Positions 14,234 to 24,178 of a DNA stretch of 40,000 nt are shown piece after piece. Made by a program: the position numbers and the translations under genes. The stretch's first letter is position 1, and every line of letters begins with the position of its first letter. This stretch comes from Roseivirga sp. (lineage in GTDB: Bacteria > Bacteroidota > Bacteroidia > Cytophagales > Cyclobacteriaceae), in contig JAAWWF010000001.1 of the NCBI GenBank assembly GCA_021404565.1, positions 317,613 through 357,612 on the forward strand. Direction: 5' to 3'. The notes beneath the pieces are model-generated. The model saw only the letters and a program-made list of their open reading frames with translations, did not search any database and was not told the DNA's origin.

Positions 14234-16087
14234 TCAATTCTTAGAAAACAATGCCGGATTCCCCAGAACAATAGATTGACGGGCATGAATTACCTCTCCA
14301 TTCTCGCCAATCCCCTCAACAATTACTTCATAAACTCCAACATCGTCTGAGGTATAGAAATCTATCTGGGCGCGACCTCTGCGGGCTTTTACCAATGGTT
14401 CCCAGTAAAGCACCGGGCGAAAATCTGGTGAAGGCGACTTACGGTTCCGTGTATTGTAATCTGGCTGGGGATAGTTACCGGTTTGGATATACAGTTTTGT
14501 GCTCAATAGATCATTAAACTCTTCCTGAAAGGGATTGGTCACGCCCTCCTTGAGCCTGATGACGATCACCCCGTTGGATCCAAAATAACCATAACGGGCA
14601 ACCTCCTGCGCCTGGTCACGCTGTGTACCGTTCTGAGGATCTTTCATAACCCCTACCCCCTCTATATCCGTCATAGGGATAGCAAAAACTTTTTCCAGAT
14701 CGAGTGTAGGCACGCCATCTACCAAAAACAAAGGGGCGCTCTCGTAGCGTCCTCCTGAAAAGTTGAGCTTAACATCTTTCTTCTTTGGCGTGTTCCAGAC
14801 CTTCATCCCCGTCACTATTTCTTTTAGGAATTCTGGTACCGAAGCCATATCGGAATAATCAGCGGTCTTCTGATACTGTATAGGCTGGTAATTCATGCGA
14901 TTGGTCTCCAGTCGGCTCTCCTTTTCCGGCACAGGCTCATAGGCCTGTCCTTTATAAATTTCACCCAGAATCTCTTTCTTCTGGGCATAATCCAACACAT
15001 AATCTGAAGCCTGAGGAGTGCGAAGTAGCTCTGCATTAAATACTTTATTGTAGTCTCTGGGTCTTACAATCCAGGAGAAATTCATCATTCCCTCGTTGTC
15101 TGCCATATCACGGGTAGTGCGAAAGGTCATGCTATTGAAGGTTCGCTTACTGAAAGAAAAGTTATTGAAGAAAAAGGTCTTGCGATCTCCCGTCAGCTCT
15201 GTTCCGTCCAACACAAACAGGCCCGGTTTTACCTCAAAAATGGTCAAAGAAACCTGATCTTCAGCCACATAAGCATAAGGTATACTGGACCCATCGAGGG
15301 AATCCAGTTGTAGCAATTCATAGAGCAGGCTTCCATGCGAACTCACCAGAGACCAGTTCAGTGGCTTATTCTCACGGTAGTTTGTACGCTCTACCTCCGA
15401 AAGTGTAGCATTTACCTCAGGGTTTCCAGGGTCGAGCATAATGCTTCGTATATCTCGCTGCTTTTCAGTACTCATTCTTCGCTCACGCACCACTACTGAT
15501 AAGTCAGCATTGGTGAAGCCTTTGAGGTTGATGGCTATAGAGGCTCTCTCACGGGCGCCATAGCTCCTCTTATTAGCTACCACCGTTACATAATCACTGT
15601 CCACTGTACTACTCCCAGCCGATTGAGCGGATACCTGCCTTTGCTCTTCTGTCTCACTGCTGATGATTTCGTTGGGATTGAAAACGGAGATCACCTTACG
15701 GTAAATGAAATTTTCCACATCCTCAAAAGGATAGCTCACCACGATCATATAATTGCCTGTGGTAAGAAAGCCCGGCAGCTCAAACTGGCCAGCAGAACGC
15801 CCGTCTTCAACCTTGATACGCTCTTTCTTGACAATTTGCTTATTGCGGTCTATCAGGGCAAGCTCCATAAACCTTCTGCCGAAAATAAGCCGATGTGCAT
15901 CGGCTGTCATATTAAACAGACTGTACCATACCGTTTCTCCACTTAGGTAGAAGGGTTTGTCGAACTGGATATAAATCTCCTGGTTCTGCGCCTGGGCCAT
16001 TGAAAACTCAGACTGATCATTAGTCTGAGCTGAGATGGTCCAGACCGGAAACAAGAAAACAAGAAAAAGTACTTTCTTCATAACCAT
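14234..16087 (-). CDS. secreted protein with an N-terminal MG2-like domain and a TonB-receptor Plug-like domain
   Basis: Signal peptide present. YIQFDKPFYLSGETVWYSLF resembles bacterial macroglobulin MG2 domains. LFLVDGVPTLD...IPMTDIEGVGVMKDP...ARYGYFGSNGVIVIRLKEG resembles the Plug domain. It is the last gene of an overlapping four-gene operon. Confidence 0.7.
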   Translation of the reverse strand: MVMKKVLFLVFLFPVWTISAQTNDQSEFSMAQAQNQEIYIQFDKPFYLSGETVWYSLFNMTADAHRLIFGRRFMELALIDRNKQIVKKERIKVEDGRSAGQFELPGFLTTGNYMIVVSYPFEDVENFIYRKVISVFNPNEIISSETEEQRQVSAQSAGSSTVDSDYVTVVANKRSYGARERASIAINLKGFTNADLSVVVRERRMSTEKQRDIRSIMLDPGNPEVNATLSEVERTNYRENKPLNWSLVSSHGSLLYELLQLDSLDGSSIPYAYVAEDQVSLTIFEVKPGLFVLDGTELTGDRKTFFFNNFSFSKRTFNSMTFRTTRDMADNEGMMNFSWIVRPRDYNKVFNAELLRTPQASDYVLDYAQKKEILGEIYKGQAYEPVPEKESRLETNRMNYQPIQYQKTADYSDMASVPEFLKEIVTGMKVWNTPKKKDVKLNFSGGRYESAPLFLVDGVPTLDLEKVFAIPMTDIEGVGVMKDPQNGTQRDQAQEVARYGYFGSNGVIVIRLKEGVTNPFQEEFNDLLSTKLYIQTGNYPQPDYNTRNRKSPSPDFRPVLYWEPLVKARRGRAQIDFYTSDDVGVYEVIVEGIGENGEVIHARQSIVLGNPALFSKN

Positions 16088-16093
16088 CAGTTT

Positions 16094-17158
16094 TTAATTT
16101 CTCCACCAGGCTGGAGCAAAGATTCCAAAGTTCTCCTGATATTCATACAACCTGCAATCTTCACAAGGGTGTGGCCTGTCAGCGAAAGGGGGTATTGTGC
16201 ATGGCGGATAGGTTCTGGGGTTAAACCCAAGATCAGCATCAGTAAAAAACACTCTGTCGAGCGACTCTCTGTAAACACCAAAATATCCCAGCACACTTTC
16301 ACCATTAGCTCCCCGGATATTGCCCTCAATAGAATGTGGCGCTGCATCGAAAAGGCTGCCGGAGTTTTCAGCCTGTCGCCTGACAGCATCCCAAAATTCA
16401 AAATCTTCTTCCGTCAGCGTAAGCAGTACACCCTCCACACCAAAATCTACTTTCATCTTAGCCGAACGCGGTATAAAATCGATTGGGTAAGTATATTCTG
16501 CTATACCTCCCTGGGCAGGATTATCTTGCAAAAGCACCACCTGTGCTTCATCAAAGTCCCGTATATAGCAATACTTGAAAGCATCCGGAGCCAGGTCGGA
16601 CTGTATGACAAAATACTGCCCGACTACCCATTGGTAAAAATGTCTGTTGCCATCCTTTTGAATGGTAGCTTCTATCAGTGCCCCTTCCTCCTGGTCAATC
16701 ATGTTATTAGATAAAACATCCCGGGTATCACCTCGAAAAGAAATATCTGCCGAAGCAGGTGATGGCGGTGGTAAAGTCTTCACCTCTGATTTATATACCT
16801 CACCGTTGGGCAGCGTTACCACCAACTGGTAGCTAACTCCTTCTCTCACGGCATATTGAGGGGCCGTCAGGTATAATCCGCTCTGCCTGTGATTGAGAAC
16901 CGTAAAACCGCCCTGGTCATCCACTATTCTAACATCCGCATCGGTGACAAAGTCTGTTTCTACCTGTCCCCGATTGTTAATTGTGGTGGAATAGCTCACT
17001 TTCACCACATGGGCCTTACCATTATCGGTAACATAACCATCAATGACCACAACTGGCTCCAATACATCCGGATAGTCAAAATCAAAGGCTTCTCTGCAAG
17101 CAGAAAGCATCACAAAAAGGGCCAACAATATATATTTATGCCATTTCATCGCCACCAT
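16094..17158 (-). CDS. DUF4249 family lipoprotein (paralog 2)
   Basis: Lipobox LSAC followed by REAFDFD...VVIDGYVTD..KAHVVKVSYS, typical of DUF4249. Overlaps both neighbouring genes. Confidence 0.75.
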   Translation of the reverse strand: MVAMKWHKYILLALFVMLSACREAFDFDYPDVLEPVVVIDGYVTDNGKAHVVKVSYSTTINNRGQVETDFVTDADVRIVDDQGGFTVLNHRQSGLYLTAPQYAVREGVSYQLVVTLPNGEVYKSEVKTLPPPSPASADISFRGDTRDVLSNNMIDQEEGALIEATIQKDGNRHFYQWVVGQYFVIQSDLAPDAFKYCYIRDFDEAQVVLLQDNPAQGGIAEYTYPIDFIPRSAKMKVDFGVEGVLLTLTEEDFEFWDAVRRQAENSGSLFDAAPHSIEGNIRGANGESVLGYFGVYRESLDRVFFTDADLGFNPRTYPPCTIPPFADRPHPCEDCRLYEYQENFGIFAPAWWRN

Positions 17159-18225
17159 GAAGGTTTAGTAGTTGAATTAAAACGTGCCGAAACTGAAGCA
17201 CAATTGAAGCAATTATTTTCAAGGGTCACATTGTGGTGCCCGGGGCAATCCACAGGACTGGTAGGCAGAGACCTTTTTGGAAAAGGAAGCTCATCCTGAT
17301 TAAAGAAAAGGTGTGTACTCGTTTCATTAAAAACTCCGAAGAAGCCCAGAACCTCAATGTTCCCGCGTACCTGTCTGATATTCCCCTGAATTGAGGCAGG
17401 GGACGAATCAAAAACACCTCCGGTGTTTTCCAGTTGCTTTCTGATATTCTCAAAGTAGGTATACATCTCTGCAGAAATCTGGTAGCGGATAAAATGAATC
17501 CCATAGTCATAGATCATTTTATTACCATATAATATCCCTGCCACGTCTAAGCGGTATTGGTTTCCTGTGAGTCCTTCAATCCCCTTGTCCTGATAGACAA
17601 GCATTTCGGTCTGAGGCAGATCCTGGATATAGCAAAAACGATGTGAGCCCGGAAGATCCGTACCTGGCTGCCCATAGGCATCGTATATATAGTAATGCTC
17701 AAGGTTCCAGTGATAGTATTGGTTCTCACCTGCCTTTGCTATTTCGTCACTGATGGTTACGGCCAGTTCATGGCTGATATTCCCATTCACTGAGAGTACC
17801 TCCACCGTATCGGCCCTGAAAGAAGGCCTCGGTGCTACTCCCTGGTCTACAGACAGCCTTGCCCAATCTGATTGAAACAGGCCATCGCCTACCCTCACAG
17901 AAAGCTGATACTCTTTGCCAAACTCGGCTTTGAAAGAAGAGTTTATATATTCTCCTTCACCCTTTCCTGTAAATACAAAATCATTACCATCCCGATCGGA
18001 AATCGTGACAATGGCATTATTCTCATCTTCATAAACCACACCCTGATCAGGTACCAGAGGGCTTGTATATGAAACCCTGACATAACCATTCTCGCCCGTA
18101 TCTGTCACCACAGCATCAATCACCAGCTTTCTGGAATTGGCCTCAATACCGCCAAGGTCAAACGCTTCTCTGCACCCCAGTACCAGAAAAAGCATTAGCA
18201 ATGATATGGTTATCCGACTACTCAC
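17146..18225 (-). CDS. DUF4249 family lipoprotein (paralog 1)
   Basis: Lipobox LVLGC followed by REAFDLG...LVIDAVVTD...YVRVSYTS. There is a 4-nt overlap with the upstream receptor gene. Confidence 0.75.
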   Translation of the reverse strand: MSSRITISLLMLFLVLGCREAFDLGGIEANSRKLVIDAVVTDTGENGYVRVSYTSPLVPDQGVVYEDENNAIVTISDRDGNDFVFTGKGEGEYINSSFKAEFGKEYQLSVRVGDGLFQSDWARLSVDQGVAPRPSFRADTVEVLSVNGNISHELAVTISDEIAKAGENQYYHWNLEHYYIYDAYGQPGTDLPGSHRFCYIQDLPQTEMLVYQDKGIEGLTGNQYRLDVAGILYGNKMIYDYGIHFIRYQISAEMYTYFENIRKQLENTGGVFDSSPASIQGNIRQVRGNIEVLGFFGVFNETSTHLFFNQDELPFPKRSLPTSPVDCPGHHNVTLENNCFNCASVSARFNSTTKPSWWR

Positions 18226-20906
18226 TGAAATCGGAAATTGTAGCTGATAGAAGGTATAATACTGAGTATCGAAAGCTTATAGGCCCTGGAGTTTCGGTCA
18301 AAAAAGACAGAGTAGGCATTCTTACGGCCATAAACATTATAAACCGAGATGTTCCATTCGCTCTTTACCCTTTTTGATCTCTTGAAGCCCCTGCCGATGG
18401 TGAGTGACAAATCCAACCTGTGAAAATCAGGGATTCTGAATTGATTCCGCCCTGAGTAATCTGCGAGAGAGCGAATGGCTCCCAGCCTGTAGGTGGCAGT
18501 GGGTACCGTAATAGGCCTGCCGGTGCTGTAGGTAAAGTTGGCAGTAAAGTTCACCCGTTTTCCTACTTTGTAATCCATCACAATGGTGAGGTCATGGGGT
18601 TTATCATAGTTGGCAGGATAATACTCTCCGTTATTTACAGTCTCTGATGAAAACTGACTGGACGCTCTGAGTTCTGTGCGCGAATAGGTATAGCTAAGCC
18701 AGCCTGTCACCCTTCCATCTTTTTTCTTGATCAGAAACTCAATTCCCCTGGCTCTCCCCTCACCCTGAAGCAAATCTGCTTCGAGTGTTTCATTGAGTAG
18801 CAGGGTGGCTCCTCCTTTATAGTCAAGCACATCACTGGTTTTCTTATAATAGGCCTCAATGGAGGTCTCAATGTTGTTATCCTTGAAATTTCTGAAGTAG
18901 CCAACGGAATACTGATCACTGGTGGCAGGGCGAATATGGGTATTGCTTAGCTGCCATACGTCAATCGGAGTAACTGCCACCGTATTGGATACCAGGTGCA
19001 TGTATTGGCGCATTCGGTTATAGCTCGCCTTAAAGGAGCTCTTAGCCCCTAATGACACCCTTACCCCGAGTCTTGGCTCAAAACCTCCATAAGATTTAAC
19101 CAGGTCGCCATTGGCAAAGGAAACTGTATCGATGATGGAGGCAGTGCTCCTGGGCTGATCAGGGTCATAGGTAAATACATCACCAGGCCCCAGGTTCCGG
19201 AAATCAGAATAGCGGAGGCCGGCAGACACAGTAATTCCTTTCGTCATTTCCCACTCATCAGCTATATATAAGGCTGATTCCAGGGCCTTTTCTGTGGGAA
19301 TACTGACTGCCTCACTATTGAGGTTTGTCTGGAGGGGCACCAAATCGCCCTGAGCCACTTCGTAGAGAGAGCTACGGACTCCGATCACAATATTGTGATT
19401 GGCAATAAAATCCAGCTCCAGTTCCGTATCAATTGCCTTATAGTCGATGGAGGCATCCATTTCAAATTGATTGATGCCAACGTCATCCTTCACCTTGTAT
19501 TTGTACTGGCCTACTGTAGCTGTTGTAGACGAAAAGATATTGTCAGAAAACACATGATTCCATTTCAGACTCAGAATACGGGAACCAAAGTTAAAGGTGG
19601 TGTCATTGGCCAGCTTGAACCGGTCATCGCTGATATAACCTGTCAGATAGATCTTGTTGTTGCTATTGATTTCCTGGGTAATCTTAATGTTCGCATCATA
19701 AAAACCCGCCTCACTTTGCTTGAGATCGATATCCTTGGCCTGGTTCAGAATCCAGTCTGAATATGAGCCTCTGCCTCCTATGATAAAGGAACTTTTGTCT
19801 TTCTGGATAGGGCCTTCAAGCATTATCCGGCTCATCAACAGGCCTACCCCTCCATTGCCTTCAAGTTGCTTAAAGTTGCCATCGCGCAACTGTACGTCCA
19901 GAATAGAAGACAGCCTGCCTCCAAGATTGGCAGGTACACCGCCCCCTTTGTACAAGTTCAGTCCTTTGACAATATCAGGGTTAAATGCCGAAAAGAATCC
20001 GAATAAGTGCGATGAGTTAAACACCTCTGCGCCATCCTGCAAAATCAGGTTCTCGCCTACGCTGCCCCCTCTTACGTTATAGCCGGATGCGCCTTCTCCC
20101 ACAGTGGATACTCCAGGCAAGAGCACCAGGCTTTTGATTACATCAACCTCCCCCATCAGGCTGGGAAGCTTCTTTATGGTTTGAATATTAATTTTTTCTA
20201 CCCCCATAGAGACCCCCCGAATATTTTCGTCCGGAGAATCACCCGTCACGGTCACGGTGCTCAGGGTCGTGAGCCCTTCAAAAAGCTCCATATCAAGTGA
20301 GCCGGTAGAACGAACCTCAATTTCCCTGATTTCGTCCTCATAGCCCAGAAAGCTCACTCTGAGCCTGTGTCTGCCAGTAGGGAGTTCCATGGTATAAAAA
20401 CCAAACTCGTTCGTTACCACGCCCCTTTCAAGGTTCAGGGCGTAGACCGTAGCTCCCAGAATAGTCTCTCCGTTTTTGCCGTCTTTGATATAACCGTTGA
20501 GAGTGGCAATTCCCCCAACAGCCTGAGCAGCGTTTCCGATGGTAACAATCGAGGGGCCCTGATCTATATCGGCTGTATTGTCTTCCGGAAGCACAAAGCC
20601 CTTATCTGGTAAGATCACATAATTGCCATAGCTGTAAGCAGTTAGCTTAAGGTTGATTGGGGTGATAAGTGCTGAAATGATTTCCAGGGCAGGGGTATCA
20701 GTATAAGTACCTTCTACCCGGAGGTTCACAATCCATTCAGATCTGACAAAGACTCTGATCTGATGCTGTTTTTGTACCGATTCAATAAATTCCAGGAGTG
20801 GCTGATTGTAGTTTCCGCTGACGGGAAATGTATCGGAAGTCTGGCAGAAGGCACTCGAAAGTGCCAACCAGAACCCTATGAGGAGGGACAGATAGCGTTT
20901 GGCCAT
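18222..20906 (-). CDS. TonB-dependent receptor with a carboxypeptidase-regulatory-like domain
   Basis: 894 aa with a signal peptide. CarbopepD_reg-like segment LNGYIKDGKNGETILGATVY...GFYTMELPTGRHRLRVSFLGYE, then a Plug-like segment and a long beta-barrel ending ...SISYNFRFQ. Confidence 0.9.
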   Translation of the reverse strand: MAKRYLSLLIGFWLALSSAFCQTSDTFPVSGNYNQPLLEFIESVQKQHQIRVFVRSEWIVNLRVEGTYTDTPALEIISALITPINLKLTAYSYGNYVILPDKGFVLPEDNTADIDQGPSIVTIGNAAQAVGGIATLNGYIKDGKNGETILGATVYALNLERGVVTNEFGFYTMELPTGRHRLRVSFLGYEDEIREIEVRSTGSLDMELFEGLTTLSTVTVTGDSPDENIRGVSMGVEKINIQTIKKLPSLMGEVDVIKSLVLLPGVSTVGEGASGYNVRGGSVGENLILQDGAEVFNSSHLFGFFSAFNPDIVKGLNLYKGGGVPANLGGRLSSILDVQLRDGNFKQLEGNGGVGLLMSRIMLEGPIQKDKSSFIIGGRGSYSDWILNQAKDIDLKQSEAGFYDANIKITQEINSNNKIYLTGYISDDRFKLANDTTFNFGSRILSLKWNHVFSDNIFSSTTATVGQYKYKVKDDVGINQFEMDASIDYKAIDTELELDFIANHNIVIGVRSSLYEVAQGDLVPLQTNLNSEAVSIPTEKALESALYIADEWEMTKGITVSAGLRYSDFRNLGPGDVFTYDPDQPRSTASIIDTVSFANGDLVKSYGGFEPRLGVRVSLGAKSSFKASYNRMRQYMHLVSNTVAVTPIDVWQLSNTHIRPATSDQYSVGYFRNFKDNNIETSIEAYYKKTSDVLDYKGGATLLLNETLEADLLQGEGRARGIEFLIKKKDGRVTGWLSYTYSRTELRASSQFSSETVNNGEYYPANYDKPHDLTIVMDYKVGKRVNFTANFTYSTGRPITVPTATYRLGAIRSLADYSGRNQFRIPDFHRLDLSLTIGRGFKRSKRVKSEWNISVYNVYGRKNAYSVFFDRNSRAYKLSILSIIPSISYNFRFQ

Positions 20907-21081
20907 TAGTAAGAAATTCGGTCGTTTAGTTCAGGAGCCAGGCTCCGCATCCAATACAAGTCAAACGACAATTATCCTTATCGTTACAAAAACATAAAAA
21001 TAATTTTGAGTATGGACGGATTAAAGATAGAATATATCAGGAAAGGCTAAAAAGACTTTAGTTTTAATTGAGTGAAGTGAC

Positions 21082-21105
21082 AAAAAAAGCCACTGAAAGT
21101 GGCTT
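21082..21105 (-). terminator. Rho-independent terminator (minus strand)
   Basis: Hairpin agccact-gaa-agtggct (21088-21104). The A run at 21082-21088 reads as a T run on the minus strand. It lies 24 nt downstream of the small ORF's stop. Confidence 0.6.
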
Positions 21106-21128
21106 AAATATTTTGGAACGAGTGTCGA

Positions 21129-21230
21129 TCAGACCCAGTCTTTCTCGTGCTTACTTACTTTCTTATTAGGAATTACCCAAGCTGAGGCAATTGCCAAAAC
21201 AAAAAGTACTAATACAAATACGATAGCCAT
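21129..21230 (-). CDS. possible 33-aa small membrane protein
   Basis: Hand-found ORF MAIVFVLVLFVLAIASAWVIPNKKVSKHEKDWV, below the track's size cutoff. It has one hydrophobic helix plus a basic tail and its own terminator downstream. Confidence 0.3.
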   Translation of the reverse strand: MAIVFVLVLFVLAIASAWVIPNKKVSKHEKDWV

Positions 21231-21363
21231 AACGTTATTTTTTTCTGCCGTGAAATTGATGAATTTTAGCCACTGAAAAAAGAGATTGTCGGCTTTTTTA
21301 GCTCATTTTCTCCTGTGATTCGTAATAACCTGGCAATCGGGCTTATCATAGGCCCGCGACTCC

Positions 21364-22107
21364 CTATTTCCGCTTCTCAAACCAGGTAACTGCCGGCTTT
21401 TCAACGTTGAAGATCTGAGGATCGAGTTTGCCGGAAGCATTGATGTTCAGGTAGTTTTCTATCTGGATGAGTCGTCCATCGCGATAGAAGGTTACCACCT
21501 GTTCTACCCAACCACCTTTCACGGCCTTATGATCGCTGTATTGCACGTCAAGGGCACTGCCGTTACCCAATCGACTGATTCTGCGGATGGTGTAAAAATG
21601 ATCGGCATCTATCCAGAATTGCTTGGTAGTCAGGTCTCCCTTCTTCGCCCCTATTACGTAGGCTCTTCGGCCGTTCAACCGATCTTCCCTGAAGATGGAG
21701 GTATCGTAGCCATAGGCAATAAGCTTGTCCATAATGACAGCCGGGGAGGTGAAATACATCCCTCCCTTAAACAACAGAAACTCCTGAGGCTCAAATCGGC
21801 TTCCCTGCGGCTTATAATTCTGAAAACGCCAGCTGGAGTCATTCTTGAAAATCACGAACTGCCCTGGCTTTCCAAAGTCTATGCGAAAATGGTCTGGATA
21901 GCTGACTGCCTCATTCCATATGGCTGTATCTCTGACGGCTCCTTGCTGATTGTATCGAATGGTTTGCTGCTCAAAGGTGTACTCTTTAAACCACTTGCCC
22001 CGATACTTCACCTGCATGGCATCCAGCAATTGGCCAGTACTGGTGATTTGAGCTGACATGGGAGAACAGCTGATTATAAAAAGCAGAAACAGGACACGGG
22101 TTTTCAT
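21364..22107 (-). CDS. hypothetical secreted protein (possibly LolA-like fold)
   Basis: 247-aa ORF with the signal peptide MKTRVLFLLFIISCSPMSAQ. The family assignment is not secure. Confidence 0.65.
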   Translation of the reverse strand: MKTRVLFLLFIISCSPMSAQITSTGQLLDAMQVKYRGKWFKEYTFEQQTIRYNQQGAVRDTAIWNEAVSYPDHFRIDFGKPGQFVIFKNDSSWRFQNYKPQGSRFEPQEFLLFKGGMYFTSPAVIMDKLIAYGYDTSIFREDRLNGRRAYVIGAKKGDLTTKQFWIDADHFYTIRRISRLGNGSALDVQYSDHKAVKGGWVEQVVTFYRDGRLIQIENYLNINASGKLDPQIFNVEKPAVTWFEKRK

Positions 22108-22354
22108 AATTTAAAACTAGCCAATTCTACACGGTTGGTTGAAGTGGTTTTTGCTAAATGGACAATCTCGGGGTTTATTCCCTACCCAAAGAGCGGCTGG
22201 CTCAGGCCTGTTAAAGCTATATCTCCCACATTTGTCGTCATGAGCAAGACGAGACTCAAAAATTTGCAGCACCTTTTTCTTTTAAATCCGTTGATATGTA
22301 TAAGAGATGAAGGAGCAAAGATATCACAGTTAAGGTTGGTGATAATCAGGGTTT

Positions 22355-22384
22355 AAAAAGGCCCGGCTGCAATGCAGTCGGGCC
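22355..22384 (-). terminator. Rho-independent terminator for the ABC operon
   Basis: 11-bp stem ggcccggctgc-aat-gcagtcgggcc (22360-22384, with one G-T pair). The aaaaa at 22355-22359 reads as a T run on the minus strand. It lies just downstream of the permease stop. Confidence 0.7.
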
Positions 22385-22416
22385 TTCCCATTTATTATAT
22401 GTCTATTCGGTACTTG

Positions 22417-23226
22417 CTATAAATCCCGCCTCACGGTAAGCCTCACTGTACCCAGATAGAAGAGCCCTCCATATACCAATACCAATATCAACTCTTTGAG
22501 TTTTACATAGTCTTGAATTTCCTGAAATACGTATTTCGGAAATGGCACACTGTTTAACTTGTTGATGGTTGTCAGCGGTAAGAAATCCTGCACCCAGGGG
22601 AAATCAAAGGCCATCGACCTTCCGAATATGATTCCTTCCACCACAGCAATGAAAAACATAAGTGCCATTGTCAGCAGTGGTTTCTTCACCAGAGTGGCGA
22701 GCATCATGACAAAAAGCAGATAGGTAAAAAGCTGCAGGAAGAACACACCCAGGAAGTAGATATCTTCGAAAATCACCGAAAGGGAGGTATCATACGAGTA
22801 GAGCAACCCGGTAAACATTCCAAACACAAACAGTGTCAGTGTAGAAATCAGGCTTAGAAACCCAGCCATGACAATTTTACTCCAGATAAACTCATGCTTG
22901 CTCAGACCATCAATAACATTTTGTCTGATAGTACGGTAGGTATACTCATTGGTAATAGCGTATACCAGGCTCAGGGCCAGGAAAATCTTAAAATAGATCG
23001 CCACATAGGTCAGGTTCTGCCATATATCGGGAAATTCATAAAAAGGCAGCATGGTGAAGTCTACTTCTCCGAAATCATTGTCTGCAAATTTTCTCGTAAC
23101 ATATCGCAAAAATGGCATTACGCCCATACTGATCACCATGATAACGATCAGGTAGATAATAGACAATACTTTAAAGGTGCGGTTGGCACCAATTTTATGC
23201 CATTCAATTCTTAGTAATCTCATCAT
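22417..23226 (-). CDS. ABC-2 type transporter permease
   Basis: 269-aa polytopic membrane protein. It overlaps the upstream ATPase gene by 4 nt. Confidence 0.75.
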   Translation of the reverse strand: MMRLLRIEWHKIGANRTFKVLSIIYLIVIMVISMGVMPFLRYVTRKFADNDFGEVDFTMLPFYEFPDIWQNLTYVAIYFKIFLALSLVYAITNEYTYRTIRQNVIDGLSKHEFIWSKIVMAGFLSLISTLTLFVFGMFTGLLYSYDTSLSVIFEDIYFLGVFFLQLFTYLLFVMMLATLVKKPLLTMALMFFIAVVEGIIFGRSMAFDFPWVQDFLPLTTINKLNSVPFPKYVFQEIQDYVKLKELILVLVYGGLFYLGTVRLTVRRDL

Positions 23227-24128
23227 CTCTGGCCTCCTTCCGTTTCAGCCAAAATTTCAAGAAACTGTTGTTCAAGGCTTCTAGTCTTCAACAACAGGTG
23301 TTTGGCGGTGATATTATTTTTAAATAAGTAGGTATTTACGTCTTCGGGTGAATAACCATTTTGCATGGTCATGGTATATTTATCCAGCTCGCGCTTCACC
23401 TTAGAAGCCATACCTGAACGTTCTAAAACTTCAAGAAGATTGTCGGCATCAGCTTTTACCTCCACGATTTTATCTCCCTTGGACACATCATCTACAAGGC
23501 CGGTATGAATCAATTTTCCCTTTCTCAATACGGCAAAATGGCTACAGACACGCTGCACCTCATCCAAAAGGTGACTGGCCAGCAATATAGTCTTACCACT
23601 GTTGGCAATATCTACGATCAATTCCCTGATCTCGGCTATTCCCTGTGGATCCAGCCCATTGGTAGGTTCATCCAGCAGCATTACTTCCGGGTTACACAGT
23701 AAAGCAGAGCCAATAGAAAGGCGTTGCTTCATACCCAATGAGAAGGTTTTGAACTTGTCGTTCTTGCGCTCGTCAAGTCCTACCTGCACCAGTACCTCAT
23801 CTATTCTACTGTAAGGCACCTCCTTAATATCGCAAACCACCTTTAGGTTTTGTACAGCGGTGAGATAGGGATAGAAAATAGGGTGCTCGAGAATGGCCCC
23901 GATACGCTTACGGGTAGCGGTACCGGATTTTTTTCCAAACCAGGTGTACTCTCCGTTTGTGGGGTTAATAATATCGAGGATCATGCCTAGCGTAGTGGTT
24001 TTGCCACTTCCGTTAGGGCCAAGAATGCCGAAGACAGTTCCGGCTTGCACTGTTAAATTCAGGCCATCCACAGCCTTCAACCTCCCATAGTGCTTGGAGA
24101 GGTTTTTAATCTCTAATACGGTTTCCAA
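23223..24128 (-). CDS. ABC transporter ATP-binding protein
   Basis: Walker A GPNGSGKTT, signature LSLGMKQRL, Walker B MLLDEPTNGLD. Confidence 0.95.
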   Translation of the reverse strand: METVLEIKNLSKHYGRLKAVDGLNLTVQAGTVFGILGPNGSGKTTTLGMILDIINPTNGEYTWFGKKSGTATRKRIGAILEHPIFYPYLTAVQNLKVVCDIKEVPYSRIDEVLVQVGLDERKNDKFKTFSLGMKQRLSIGSALLCNPEVMLLDEPTNGLDPQGIAEIRELIVDIANSGKTILLASHLLDEVQRVCSHFAVLRKGKLIHTGLVDDVSKGDKIVEVKADADNLLEVLERSGMASKVKRELDKYTMTMQNGYSPEDVNTYLFKNNITAKHLLLKTRSLEQQFLEILAETEGGQR

Positions 24129-24178
24129 ATCGCGTTTATTTAATATTCTGAGTTTCTCTGCAAGTCACAGAGAAAGTA

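Noticed and set aside
20990-21112. Plus-strand small RNA driven by a TAATTTTG (-7-like) box at about 20999-21006 and ending at the 21088-21104 hairpin.
   Set aside because: No convincing -33 TTG occurs at the right spacing. The hairpin's T run is on the minus strand, where it serves the small ORF and upstream gene. The plus-strand side has only a weak T tract.
22135-22356. 73-aa plus-strand ORF in the gap between the LolA-like gene and the ABC operon.
   Set aside because: It has no recognisable features and sits in a promoter/terminator region between two minus-strand units. Its end lies immediately upstream of the strong minus-strand terminator hairpin, with no overlap.
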